Of a stretch of DNA of 64,000 nucleotides, positions 1 to 8,719 are shown piece after piece. Made by a program: the position numbers and the translations under genes. The DNA is from Clostridiales bacterium UBA1758 (GTDB lineage: Bacteria > Bacillota > Clostridia > Oscillospirales > UBA1758), in NCBI GenBank assembly GCA_002315595.1, contig DCHG01000067.1:3422-67421 (forward strand). Reading direction: 5' to 3'. Each line of letters begins with the position of its first letter. The first letter of the stretch is position 1. The notes beneath the pieces were generated by a model that had not been told where the DNA came from, did no database searches, and saw only the letters and a program-made list of their open reading frames with translations.

Positions 1-915
1 ATATCGGAGGGTGTGTACGAATCACTTGTAATCTTCCGTTCGACCTACGGTCAGGTGCTTCAGGCGAGGAGTTACCTTTCCACCGACACGATCAAGTTCC
101 CGCAATCGCCGATCCTGCTCGGCAATACCTTTACTCGCTGGGTGATCAACGACGGCAATTTGGACGATGACGCCGTTGAAGCCACCGAATCGGCGATCAA
201 GGCGCTGATGTCGACACAATCAATCATCAACATCATACCCGAATTCGTCGAAAAGGATGAGACCTTCAAAGTTACCGTGGTGGCGATGAAATACAACGAG
301 GAAGGAGCATTGGTTACCGCCACGCCTGAACAGGGATATTCATCACCGACGGGCGGCGAAGGCAAGGTCGGTAACGGCGTCCTCACCCATACTCCGTCGC
401 AAATCGGTCAAAATTTGCAGTTTATGTATTGGACGGACATAACCGGCAAGATCCTTTCGTACGATACCCGATACACCGTTTACGGCACGAAAAAGGACGA
501 GACGATCACGATTTGGGCCGTTTACGGTCCGAAAGTTCCTGATGCAAAGACCGTGATTACGGTTACGGCATCGCAGGGGGCGAACGGACAAAAGATCCGC
601 GTCACTTTCAGCGAAACGTTCTATATCAACAACACCAACGGTGATGTGAAAAATGTCAGTTCCGGTTTCCTGATCACCACAGGTAATCAGCCGAATGAAC
701 TCTCAATGAGGATCGACAGTCCGGGTATATTGGTCTATACCAGTAGTTTGCCGAGCGACGGTCTTTCCGGCACATATATGTTGCATTTGAACACGACGCA
801 AGCCGGCTTGACGATTTACGCACGCGGATATGTTCAGTATTTCAATTCCGAAAACGTGCTGATCACGGAATATTCGGATATCATGGAATACACCACCATG
901 GCGTTGAGCGCATAG
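1..915 (+). CDS. C-terminal part of a probable cell-surface protein with Listeria-Bacteroides (InlB B-type) repeat-like modules. The frame is open to the window edge, so the 5' end is probably missing.
   Basis: Frame 1 is open from nt 1 to TAG at 913-915. Segments LGNTFTRWVINDG and LQFMYWTDITGKILSYDTRYTVYGTKKDETITIWAVYG resemble that repeat family. The C-terminus is T/N/G-rich and beta-rich. Confidence 0.5.
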   Translation: MSEGVYESLVIFRSTYGQVLQARSYLSTDTIKFPQSPILLGNTFTRWVINDGNLDDDAVEATESAIKALMSTQSIINIIPEFVEKDETFKVTVVAMKYNEEGALVTATPEQGYSSPTGGEGKVGNGVLTHTPSQIGQNLQFMYWTDITGKILSYDTRYTVYGTKKDETITIWAVYGPKVPDAKTVITVTASQGANGQKIRVTFSETFYINNTNGDVKNVSSGFLITTGNQPNELSMRIDSPGILVYTSSLPSDGLSGTYMLHLNTTQAGLTIYARGYVQYFNSENVLITEYSDIMEYTTMALSA

Positions 916-923
916 GGGTAAAA

Positions 924-1052
924 ATGAGATTTTTTGAAGAGCCGAAAATTGAATTTATCCTTTTAGACGAACGCGATGTCATTGTTACCTCCGACGGAAT
1001 ACCGAAGGAAGAGGAAGAACATGACCTCAGAACAACACTGAGCGACGCGTAA
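924..1052 (+). CDS. Unannotated 42-aa acidic small ORF (MRFFEEPKIEFILLDERDVIVTSDGIPKEEEEHDLRTTLSDA)
   Basis: ATG at 924 lies 5 nt after AGGGG and 9 nt after the upstream stop. TAA is at 1050-1052 and a terminator follows at 1088-1119. It is below the ORF-track length cutoff. Confidence 0.3.
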   Translation: MRFFEEPKIEFILLDERDVIVTSDGIPKEEEEHDLRTTLSDA

Positions 1053-1087
1053 GCAATTTAGTGATGAAGTAATTGCGGTCGATGATG

Positions 1088-1119
1088 AAAAGGCACATCC
1101 CGCGGGATGTGCCTTTTTG
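1088..1119 (+). terminator. Rho-independent terminator
   Basis: Hairpin GGCACATCC-cgcg-GGATGTGCC followed by TTTTT. Confidence 0.75.
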
Positions 1120-1137
1120 CAAAATGAGGAAATTGAT

Positions 1138-2097
1138 ATGATGAAAAAAGTTTTGGCGATTTTTCTTGCGTTCGCGCTTTTTGTGCCGGTCACTGCGTTT
1201 GCCGCAGGCACCGTTTACACGGAAGGCTTTCTGAATTACACAGTCACGGACGGTTCGATCACGATCGTCGGTTGCTTTGGCGACAATGGAACACTCACTG
1301 TGCCGAATATGATCGCGGGCGACCCGGTTAATACGATTGCGGCGGGCGCGTTTGTCGGCAACGCCGCCCTCAAAGAAGTCATTCTGCCGGATTCCATCAC
1401 CACGGTGGAGGAGGGCGCGTTCGGCACAGGTGTCAAGGTCACATGGAATAACCGCACCAAAGACGACTCCAAGGACGATCCGGCGGATGATCCAATTGAC
1501 GATCCCGCGGACGATCCTTCGCCGATCGATGTGGACACGGATGTCGATTTGGACGATCCGACGATCGTGGACAGTATTGTTTTCGACGATGTCAATCCGG
1601 GCGATTATTACTATTCCGCCGTCAAATGGGCGGTCGAAAAAAAGGTCACCGACGGCGTGAAAAAGAATGTATTCGCACCGACGACGAAATGTACCCGTGC
1701 GCAGATCGTCACCTTTCTTTGGCGTGCCGCAGGCACACCGAAGACGGATGGGAGCAATCGTTTTGCGGATGTTCGCACGACCGATTATTGTTATGATGCA
1801 GTGATGTGGGCGGTGGAAAACGGGATTACCGACGGTACGGGCGCGACCACTTTTTCACCGAATGATGTCTGTACGCGCGCACAGGTTTTGACCTTTTTGT
1901 GGCGTTATTTGGGCGAAAAGAAGACGAACGGTACGGTGAATTTCTCTGATGTGGCGAAGACGGCGTATTATTATGACGCGGTCGTCTGGGCAGTGGAAAA
2001 CGGTGTAACTTCCGGCACAAGTGCGACGAAATTTTCTCCGAATTCGGGTTGCACCCGTGCGCAGGCAGTTTCGCTGATGTACCGAGCCATCGGCTGA
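1138..2097 (+). CDS. Secreted leucine-rich-repeat (BspA-like) protein with three C-terminal SLH cell-wall anchoring domains
   Basis: GAGGA sits 8 nt before ATG 1138; the TTG at 1117 lies inside the terminator. Signal peptide MMKKVLAIFLAFALFVPVTAFA. LRR-like segment NTIAAGAFVGNAALKEVILPDSITTVEEGAFG. Acidic D/P linker. Three repeats of YYYxAVxWAVExxxTxG...CTRAQxVTFLWR. Confidence 0.85.
   Translation: MMKKVLAIFLAFALFVPVTAFAAGTVYTEGFLNYTVTDGSITIVGCFGDNGTLTVPNMIAGDPVNTIAAGAFVGNAALKEVILPDSITTVEEGAFGTGVKVTWNNRTKDDSKDDPADDPIDDPADDPSPIDVDTDVDLDDPTIVDSIVFDDVNPGDYYYSAVKWAVEKKVTDGVKKNVFAPTTKCTRAQIVTFLWRAAGTPKTDGSNRFADVRTTDYCYDAVMWAVENGITDGTGATTFSPNDVCTRAQVLTFLWRYLGEKKTNGTVNFSDVAKTAYYYDAVVWAVENGVTSGTSATKFSPNSGCTRAQAVSLMYRAIG
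1582..2094 (+). repeat. Three tandem SLH-domain coding repeats inside the CDS
   Basis: Three successive modules of about 55-60 aa: FDDVNPGDYYYSAVKWAVEKK..., FADVRTTDYCYDAVMWAVENG..., FSDVAKTAYYYDAVVWAVENG... Confidence 0.8.
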
Positions 2098-2107
2098 GGG
2101 TGATTTT

Positions 2108-2905
2108 ATGAAAAAAATCATCCTGCATTGCCTGCTTGCCGTTGTCAGCGTCGTGATTTTGACCGGGGTTTTTCTTGAAATGAAGAGCCGCGATCGCACG
2201 CAGGAGCAACGGGCGGAGGAACTTGAAGCACTGAACGAAAAGATTGCACCGCTGCAAAGTAAAGTCATTTCCCTGCAAAAACAGATCGATCGCATCCGAC
2301 AGGAAGAATTCGAAACCGAAACCACTCCGACGGTGGTTTGCGGTTATTATGCGTCAAATGTGGACGAGATCGCCGCGGACGGCGTGATCGTCTTGGACGC
2401 AAATGCCGATACGGAATTGATTGCGGCGGCAGAGGCAACCGGGCGCGACATTGCATACTTTTATGCGCTTGACGCCGAAGTTCCCGAAAATCGGACGATG
2501 ACCATTTTACGCTCGCAGTATGATTCGAGCAAAACCCGTGCCGGTATCGACGGAATTATTTCCTGCCATCTGGATCGTAATGCGGCGGGCGTGCTTGACG
2601 ACGGAAAGGTCAATTTGCCGTATGTTTATATCAAAAACGACTTGATTTCGTTGAAAACGCGGTTGGATGCGTTGAAAAGCGAACTTTTCGTCATTTTCAA
2701 TCCCAATGTCAAAAGCAATGTCGAGTTATTCGAGCAGTACGTTGATGACGGAAAAGTCGTGAAGACCGAAATTCGCGAAGCCGTTACGCAGATTACCGAA
2801 CGGTCGTCGCAAGAAGACGATTTTGAAGCCGATCGTCAGGCGCGCATTGACGAAATATCCCGACAAATCGATGAAATTCAATCGGAAATTCAAAAAATGT
2901 ATTGA
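2108..2905 (+). CDS. Membrane-anchored coiled-coil protein, function unknown
   Basis: GAGGG RBS. N-terminal TM segment KKIILHCLLAVVSVVILTGVFL. Heptad-like E/Q/K-rich segments at both ends. I recognise no family motif. Confidence 0.7.
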   Translation: MKKIILHCLLAVVSVVILTGVFLEMKSRDRTQEQRAEELEALNEKIAPLQSKVISLQKQIDRIRQEEFETETTPTVVCGYYASNVDEIAADGVIVLDANADTELIAAAEATGRDIAYFYALDAEVPENRTMTILRSQYDSSKTRAGIDGIISCHLDRNAAGVLDDGKVNLPYVYIKNDLISLKTRLDALKSELFVIFNPNVKSNVELFEQYVDDGKVVKTEIREAVTQITERSSQEDDFEADRQARIDEISRQIDEIQSEIQKMY

Positions 2906-2970
2906 ATTGAGCCGGAATATCGAAACGGTTTGCGGCGCATTTCAGGGATTTAATCAAAAAAGATACAAAT

Positions 2971-3006
2971 AAAAACGGGATGATACAATGTATCATCCCG
3001 TTTTTA
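2971..3006. terminator. Bidirectional rho-independent terminator
   Basis: Hairpin ACGGGATGATAC-aat-GTATCATCCCGT flanked by an A-run and a T-run. It lies between a plus-strand CDS and the minus-strand tRNA. Confidence 0.75.
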
Positions 3007-3007
3007 C

Positions 3008-3096
3008 TGGCGCAGCGGGTGGGATTCGAACCCACGTGTGATTGCTCACAAACTGATTTCGAGTCAGCCCCGTTATGACCGCTTCGATACCGCTGC
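3008..3096 (-). tRNA. tRNA-Ser (anticodon CGA), class II with a long variable arm
   Basis: The reverse complement folds as acceptor GCAGCGG/CCGCTGC, anticodon stem GCTGA/TCAGT with loop CTCGAAA (CGA), a variable arm of about 16 nt, T-arm GTGGG-TTCGAAT-CCCAC and an encoded GCCA 3' end. Length is 89 nt. Confidence 0.85.
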
Positions 3097-3253
3097 ATAT
3101 TCAATTTGCAAGGGTGAAAACCCCAAGCATTGATATTATACACGAAGTTTTGCCCGAAGTAAAGAAAAATTTTTGAAAAAGCCGGCAGGGGACTTGATTT
3201 TCTTAACAATTCGTGATAAAGTCACATAAGAATCATTCATAGGAGGACTGCTC

Positions 3254-4177
3254 GTGACAAATTTAAAATTTACGGGCACCGTTCGTCGTATGATCCCAAA
3301 GGATTGGGAACGAATGGTGGCTTTTTTCGCAGATCGCCATGAAGATCAGCGAAGCGATGTTTTTGAGTTTCTGGATGGGGCGCACTCCGAGCGGGACTAT
3401 TGGATCGCCCTCGATGATAGCGAAAACTGCTCCGGCATCCTTGTTTTTGACAAAAAAGAAAGCAGGTTGCCTCGTATTAAATTGATTTCTGATGACTTTT
3501 CGGTGGTCACCTGCCTACTTGAAACCGCAATAAAACTGCTTCACGACCGCAAGGGTGCGGCAATTTTCATTGCGGCACGCCGTGATGATGTGAAAATGCA
3601 GGATACGATCAAGGCTTGCGGATTTTCGGAACTCTTTGAAACGCATGAAAATCTGTTTTTCGCCTATATCGAACCTTGTGAACATCTGATTTTGCACGAT
3701 CTGTATAAAAAGCACGACGATTATGAGATTAGAAGGATCCTTCCCGAGGATCGTCCGCTGATTTATGACTTCTTTCGTGCTATGGGCGAAACAAGCACCG
3801 GTTTTTTCAACCGCAATCACGGCAACGAAAATGGCGTGTATGACTATTTGGATGGCAAATTGCCGGATCGCACCTATTGGATGGCGGTCAAAAAGGATAA
3901 CGGCAAGGAAATCTGTCTCGGAATTGTCTTTATTTGTATTAAATTCACGAAACTCCCGGGTTTCGGCATTGCCGTGCGCGACGGATACCACGGGATGCAC
4001 ATCGGAACGAATTTGATTGAGTTTGTCAAAGAGGTCTGCCGCGCAAATCACTGTGGCGGTATCATGCTCACCACGGCATTTACCAACGAAAAAGGGCAAC
4101 GCCTTTACGAACATCGCGGCTTTCAAAGATCCGGAATACAGTGCGGCGAATGGTTTTACATTTGCCCACTGAAATAA
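3254..4177 (+). CDS. GNAT-family N-acetyltransferase with two tandem GNAT-like halves
   Basis: AGGAGG lies 7 nt before GTG 3254. The C-terminal half has a GNAT acetyl-CoA motif region (GFGIAVRDGYHGMHIGTNLIEFV...GQRLYEHRGFQRSG). Confidence 0.75.
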   Translation: MTNLKFTGTVRRMIPKDWERMVAFFADRHEDQRSDVFEFLDGAHSERDYWIALDDSENCSGILVFDKKESRLPRIKLISDDFSVVTCLLETAIKLLHDRKGAAIFIAARRDDVKMQDTIKACGFSELFETHENLFFAYIEPCEHLILHDLYKKHDDYEIRRILPEDRPLIYDFFRAMGETSTGFFNRNHGNENGVYDYLDGKLPDRTYWMAVKKDNGKEICLGIVFICIKFTKLPGFGIAVRDGYHGMHIGTNLIEFVKEVCRANHCGGIMLTTAFTNEKGQRLYEHRGFQRSGIQCGEWFYICPLK

Positions 4178-4188
4178 ATGGAGGGTTT

Positions 4189-4917
4189 ATGAATCAGGTC
4201 ATTAGCAAAAACGCAGAAGAACTCGGCAAGGCCGCTGCCCAAAAGACCGCTGAACTTCTTAACGAAGCCATTGCAAAGCAAGGATATGCCCGTTTGATCC
4301 TTTCAACCGGCGCTTCCCAGTTTACGACGCTTTCCGAACTTGTTAAACTTCCCGTAGACTGGTCGAAGGTCGATATGTTCCACCTCGATGAGTATGTCGG
4401 TATGGACGAAAGCCATCCGGCGAGTTTTGTCCGTTATCTGAAAGAACGCTTTGTATGCAAGATCCCGCTTCGTGCGGCGCATTTTGTCGACACCACCAAG
4501 CCCCTCGACGAAATGATTCCGGCGTTGACCGCCGAACTTCGCGAGAAGCCGATCGATGTCGGCCTGATCGGTATCGGCGAAAACGGTCATATCGCGTTCA
4601 ATGATCCTCCGGCAGATTTTGACGATCCGAATGCCTATAAAGTTGTCACACTTGATGCCAAGTGCCGTAATCAGCAACTCGGCGAAGGTTGGTTCCCGAC
4701 GATCGACGATGTTCCGACGCACGCTGTTTCCATGACCGTCGGTGAGATCATGAAATGCCGTCATATCATTTCCGCCGTTCCGTATGCCGTTAAGGCGCAA
4801 GCCGTCCACGACACATTGACGCAAGAGGTCAACAACATGGTTCCGGCGACGATTATGAAAACCCACGCCGATTGGAATCTTTTCATTGACGAAGATTCCG
4901 CGTCCATGCTGAAATGA
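4189..4917 (+). CDS. Glucosamine-6-phosphate deaminase / 6-phosphogluconolactonase family protein (NagB-like)
   Basis: GGAGG RBS before ATG 4189. Motifs LILSTGASQ, FHLDEYVG and GIGENGHIAFNDP are typical of the NagB fold. Confidence 0.75.
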   Translation: MNQVISKNAEELGKAAAQKTAELLNEAIAKQGYARLILSTGASQFTTLSELVKLPVDWSKVDMFHLDEYVGMDESHPASFVRYLKERFVCKIPLRAAHFVDTTKPLDEMIPALTAELREKPIDVGLIGIGENGHIAFNDPPADFDDPNAYKVVTLDAKCRNQQLGEGWFPTIDDVPTHAVSMTVGEIMKCRHIISAVPYAVKAQAVHDTLTQEVNNMVPATIMKTHADWNLFIDEDSASMLK

Positions 4918-5657
4918 TGAGTCGTTTTTTAGATGCGCTTTCGGCGAAGAATGCGGATGCGTTCAATGCACGTCCGGTGACGCTGGCCTTTTTGGGCGAC
5001 AGTGTGACCAACGGTTGTTTTGAGGTCTTTCAGACGTTGAACGAGGCGGGAGAAGAAGGGTTGAATACCTTCTTTGAGCCGAAGAACTCATACGCCGAAG
5101 ATTTACACAAAATTCTGCATACATTTTACCCATGCGCCCAGATCAACCTTGTTAACGCGGGCATTTCGGGCGACAATGCACCGAACGGTCTTGCACGTCT
5201 GTCACGCGACATTCTGCCGAGCAAGCCGGATTTGACGGTGGTCTGCTATGGACTGAATGATTCCGGTGCAGGCGATGACGGCATTGCCGCGTACAAAGAG
5301 GCATTGATCGGGATCGCAAAAACCTTGCGCGACAATGGAAGCGAGGTCATCATCATGACGCCGCAACCGACCTGCACCAAAGTGCATGAACGACTGTTGG
5401 TTACGCGCTTCCGTGAACTTGCAAAGGAAATGAGCGACCGCTTTGAAAGCGGGTGCTTTGACCGATATATGCAGGCGGCGCGGGACGCGGCTCGGCAGAG
5501 CGATGTTGCACTCTGTGATTGCTATGCAAAATGGATGAAACTCCGCAACAACGGCGTCGATACGACGGGATTGCTTGCCAATCTTCTCAACCATCCTACG
5601 CGTGAAATGCACTGGTTGTTTGCCGTATCCCTTGCCGAAACGATATTCAATATGTAA
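4914..5657 (+). CDS. SGNH/GDSL-family hydrolase (esterase or deacetylase type)
   Basis: Block I FLGDSVTNG, block III GLNDSG and a C-terminal NHPT block. The start overlaps the NagB-like stop (ATGATGA). Confidence 0.8.
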   Translation: MMSRFLDALSAKNADAFNARPVTLAFLGDSVTNGCFEVFQTLNEAGEEGLNTFFEPKNSYAEDLHKILHTFYPCAQINLVNAGISGDNAPNGLARLSRDILPSKPDLTVVCYGLNDSGAGDDGIAAYKEALIGIAKTLRDNGSEVIIMTPQPTCTKVHERLLVTRFRELAKEMSDRFESGCFDRYMQAARDAARQSDVALCDCYAKWMKLRNNGVDTTGLLANLLNHPTREMHWLFAVSLAETIFNM

Positions 5658-5659
5658 TT

Positions 5660-5693
5660 AACGAGGCTTGACCGACGGTCAAGCCTCGTTTTA
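5660..5693. terminator. Bidirectional rho-independent terminator
   Basis: Hairpin ACGAGGCTTGACC-gac-GGTCAAGCCTCGT followed by TTTTA, between convergent genes. Confidence 0.75.
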
Positions 5694-5715
5694 TCTGCGG
5701 ACATTATGTACGAAC

Positions 5716-6624
5716 TTATTCTGCCAGTCCTTCCGCGATACCGAGCAGTGCGATTCCTGCCATGACGATGACAACGATGAAGTACTGTAATTTTGTGAGT
5801 TTTTCTTTCAAAAAAATCCGCGACAGTATGACGGAAAGAATACTGTACGATGCGATGACGGGTGCGGCAACGACCGCCTTGCCGGACATTGCAAAGACAT
5901 AGAAAAACTGTCCTGCGGTTTCAAAAATCGCCGCACAGAGCCGCGTACGCTCTTTCGGCAGACGAACGCGTTCACGCTTGATGCCGTAAACATAGACCGC
6001 AAGCACCACGGCGCACAGAAAGAACATAAATTCGTAGGCGAGCAGTGCATCGGATTCGCTCATCAGTTCCAACTCGTCGAGATAGATGGCGTCCGCAAAG
6101 GTACCGAGTCCGTCGATCAGACAATAGAGCAGGGGAAAAATGATCGCAATGGCACTGACGGTATATTTTTTGTCAACGGATTGTGGAGTAAGTTCCGCAT
6201 TGGAGAGTCTTTTTTCGACCAGAGCGAGGGCAAATACGCCGACGCAGATGATGCCGATGCCCAAAAGTTCCACACCCGACGGACGATAGGAGAGAAAGAT
6301 CATACAGAGAATGGCGGAAACCGCACCGGAGGAATTCTGCACCGGGGAGGAAACGGAGAGTTCGATATATCTCAATCCGAAATAGCCGATGGTCATCGAA
6401 AGGATATACATCGTCGAAACGGGAAGATAACGGACAAGGTCGATCGGGTGAAAGCCGCAGCCGGTGATGAAAAGGTACGCGGTGGCGTGAACGCCCATAA
6501 CGACGCCGACGGCGATTGTTGTTTTCAGATGGCTGTATGTTTCATCGGAGTCGGAGCCTCGCTTATAAAACAGATCGGCGACGCCCCATGCGAGGAAGGT
6601 GATAATTGCGCAAAAAAACCACAT
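5716..6624 (-). CDS. DMT-superfamily (EamA-like) transporter
   Basis: Ten hydrophobic segments in two homologous halves across 302 aa. Confidence 0.75.
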   Translation of the reverse strand: MWFFCAIITFLAWGVADLFYKRGSDSDETYSHLKTTIAVGVVMGVHATAYLFITGCGFHPIDLVRYLPVSTMYILSMTIGYFGLRYIELSVSSPVQNSSGAVSAILCMIFLSYRPSGVELLGIGIICVGVFALALVEKRLSNAELTPQSVDKKYTVSAIAIIFPLLYCLIDGLGTFADAIYLDELELMSESDALLAYEFMFFLCAVVLAVYVYGIKRERVRLPKERTRLCAAIFETAGQFFYVFAMSGKAVVAAPVIASYSILSVILSRIFLKEKLTKLQYFIVVIVMAGIALLGIAEGLAE

Positions 6625-6639
6625 AAAGAGCCTTTCAAA

Positions 6640-7161
6640 TTATTTATCGGTGAGGTTGAGTACGAGTTCGGCGGAGTCGCTGAGATCCTTGATTTCGATT
6701 GCGACGATCCAGACGGAGATTTGATCCGCATCCTTATTCGCATCGGAGCCGGTGCGGATGAGGTCGATCTGAACGGCACCATCGTGATCGTAGATGGAAT
6801 CGACCTCGAATTTCGCCGTTTTCACATCTTCAAAGGCGAGAAAAATCAGGGATTTTTTGGTGAAGAATGCGGAATCCCATCCGTCGTAGCCGGAGATCGC
6901 CGCCGTGTCGAAGACATCTCTGTTGGACTCTATGTAATCGAGTAGACCGTTAGAAGAGTAGACATTTGCAATTCCGGGGAGTTCGCCGTCGCCGGTTCTT
7001 GCCACGCTGACGGACATTGCGGAATAGACATACTTGTCCTCGACAACATCCGGCGCGGGACCGGCGACTTTTTCGGCGACCTTGCCGCCGATCAGGGTGA
7101 TTGCCAACGCGATGATGACAATTGCCACACCCTGAATGATGTGAGAATTTTTCAGTTTCAT
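6640..7161 (-). CDS. N-terminally membrane-anchored protein, function unknown
   Basis: Single TM segment IIQGVAIVIIALAITLIGG followed by a soluble domain of about 140 aa. It sits 24 nt downstream of gpr and 16 nt upstream of the DMT gene. Confidence 0.6.
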   Translation of the reverse strand: MKLKNSHIIQGVAIVIIALAITLIGGKVAEKVAGPAPDVVEDKYVYSAMSVSVARTGDGELPGIANVYSSNGLLDYIESNRDVFDTAAISGYDGWDSAFFTKKSLIFLAFEDVKTAKFEVDSIYDHDGAVQIDLIRTGSDANKDADQISVWIVAIEIKDLSDSAELVLNLTDK

Positions 7162-7184
7162 GGAAAACCGCCTTTCGTGAGTGG

Positions 7185-8027
7185 TTATGCGAGAAATGAA
7201 TCCATATCCGCGGATGAAATACCGCGGTGAAGGGCATAATTGATCCCCCGACCGAGTGAGCGAGCCGCGGTGGAAACCAGCGTATCAACATCCTTCGGCG
7301 TGACGATGAGAGGGGATTTATCCGTATCGGAAAGATCGACCACCGTCGGTAGTCCGAGAGCGATCACGGGAATTCCGAGTTCGGCGGAATTCAACGCATT
7401 GCGTGCGTTACCGACGCCGGAGCCGGGGGAGATACCCGCGTCCGTGATCTGTATGCTTCGCCCTAAACGGGTGGCGGAACGCGCACAAAGGGCGTCCACG
7501 GCGATGACTGCGGCAGGGGAAACAATATCGCAAAGTCCCTTGATGAGTTCCGCGCTTTCCACACCCGTTGTACCAAGAACACCGGGTGCGATGGCGGAAA
7601 CCGGGCGCATCCCGCCGAAGTGTTCGGGATCGCGTGCGATGAGATGACGCGTGACCATGACGCTTTCCAATGTGACGGGGCCGACGGAATCCGCCGTAAT
7701 ACGGCGATTTCCGAGTCCACAGACGAGGATCGTGCCGTCTTTCGGAAGCAACCGTAAAAGCAATTCACCGATCGCCCGTGAAACGGAGTCGATTTCTTCG
7801 TCATCCCACAAAAAACTCCCATCGAGTTCAAGTGTCGCATAATTTCCGATCGGCTTGCTGAGTGCTTTTGCGCCTTCGTCGTCCAAGACCTCGACAAAAT
7901 TGACGCGACAATCAAAGATCGTTTCCTCTTTTGCACGTACGCCTTGCAAAAAAGTTGCGGTTTTCGGGTTTTCGGCGTGAAACGCCTGCTGTGCTTCCAG
8001 CACCAAATCGGTCCGAACAGATACCAT
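7185..8027 (-). CDS. gpr: Germination protease (GPR endopeptidase)
   Basis: MVSVRTDLVLEA N-terminus and GLGNRRITADSVGP motif. GGAGG lies 7 nt before ATG 8027. It is divergent from rpsT, as in other Firmicutes. Confidence 0.85.
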   Translation of the reverse strand: MVSVRTDLVLEAQQAFHAENPKTATFLQGVRAKEETIFDCRVNFVEVLDDEGAKALSKPIGNYATLELDGSFLWDDEEIDSVSRAIGELLLRLLPKDGTILVCGLGNRRITADSVGPVTLESVMVTRHLIARDPEHFGGMRPVSAIAPGVLGTTGVESAELIKGLCDIVSPAAVIAVDALCARSATRLGRSIQITDAGISPGSGVGNARNALNSAELGIPVIALGLPTVVDLSDTDKSPLIVTPKDVDTLVSTAARSLGRGINYALHRGISSADMDSFLA

Positions 8028-8198
8028 TATACATCCTCCGCGGCATAAAATCCACAATTATTCTTCAAATAGTATCCGCAACATGGAACTATATATACAA
8101 AAAAAGAAATTATGTAAATTTTTTTGCGATTTTGCTTGATTTTTGCGTACAAGGATGATAAAATAATTAAGCGACTAAAAAGTAAGGAGGTGGACAAT

Positions 8199-8465
8199 TT
8201 GCCGAATATTAAGTCTGCCAAGAAGCGTGCCAGCCTTTCCGCTATTTTCAATTCCAGAAATACAGTCATCAAGAGCGAAATGAGAACCTCTATTCGTAGA
8301 TTCAATGACGCTGTTGAAAATTCCGAGGCTGACAAGGTCGAAGCTTACAAGACTGCTGTGAGCAAGATAGATGTTGCCGTCAAGAAAGGCGTTATTCATA
8401 AAAATACCGCTGCTCACAAAAAGAGCGCGATGACTCTCAAGCTCAACGCTTCTGAGGCGAAGTAA
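8199..8465 (+). CDS. rpsT: 30S ribosomal protein S20
   Basis: The product reads (M)PNIKSAKKRASLS.... TTG start at 8199 lies 7 nt after AAGGAGG. Confidence 0.9.
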   Translation: MPNIKSAKKRASLSAIFNSRNTVIKSEMRTSIRRFNDAVENSEADKVEAYKTAVSKIDVAVKKGVIHKNTAAHKKSAMTLKLNASEAK

Positions 8466-8480
8466 AGCTGATTGGCATGC

Positions 8481-8516
8481 AAGACCGCACGAGTGATCGT
8501 GCGGTCTTCTTTTTAT
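8481..8516 (+). terminator. Rho-independent terminator of rpsT
   Basis: Hairpin AAGACCGCACGA-gtg-TCGTGCGGTCTT followed by CTTTTT. Confidence 0.8.
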
Positions 8517-8676
8517 AAAACAAAAGGAAGAGATGACAGACATCTCTTCCTTTTGCATGATGGGGGGAATTGGGTATGGATGAAAATGAGAGGAACTTCA
8601 CTTCACTTATAGTATATCGGACAATTATGAACGAAAAAATGAAAAAATAAAAACAAATTGATAATATTTTGTGAAT

Positions 8677-8712
8677 AAAAAAGGAGCCTTTCGCATAACG
8701 CGAAAGGCTCCT
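8677..8712 (-). terminator. Rho-independent terminator of the amino-acid ABC / M20 operon
   Basis: Minus strand shows AAGGAGCCTTTCGCG-tta-TGCGAAAGGCTCCTT followed by TTTTT. Confidence 0.75.
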
Positions 8713-8719
8713 TACAAAA

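Noticed and set aside
1117-1137. TTG start proposed by the ORF track for the SLH protein
   Set aside because: The TTG lies inside the upstream terminator's T-tract. ATG 1138 has a GAGGA RBS at correct spacing and yields a canonical signal peptide.
2793-3209. 138-aa minus-strand ORF
   Set aside because: It spans the tRNA-Ser gene and a terminator, so it is not coding.
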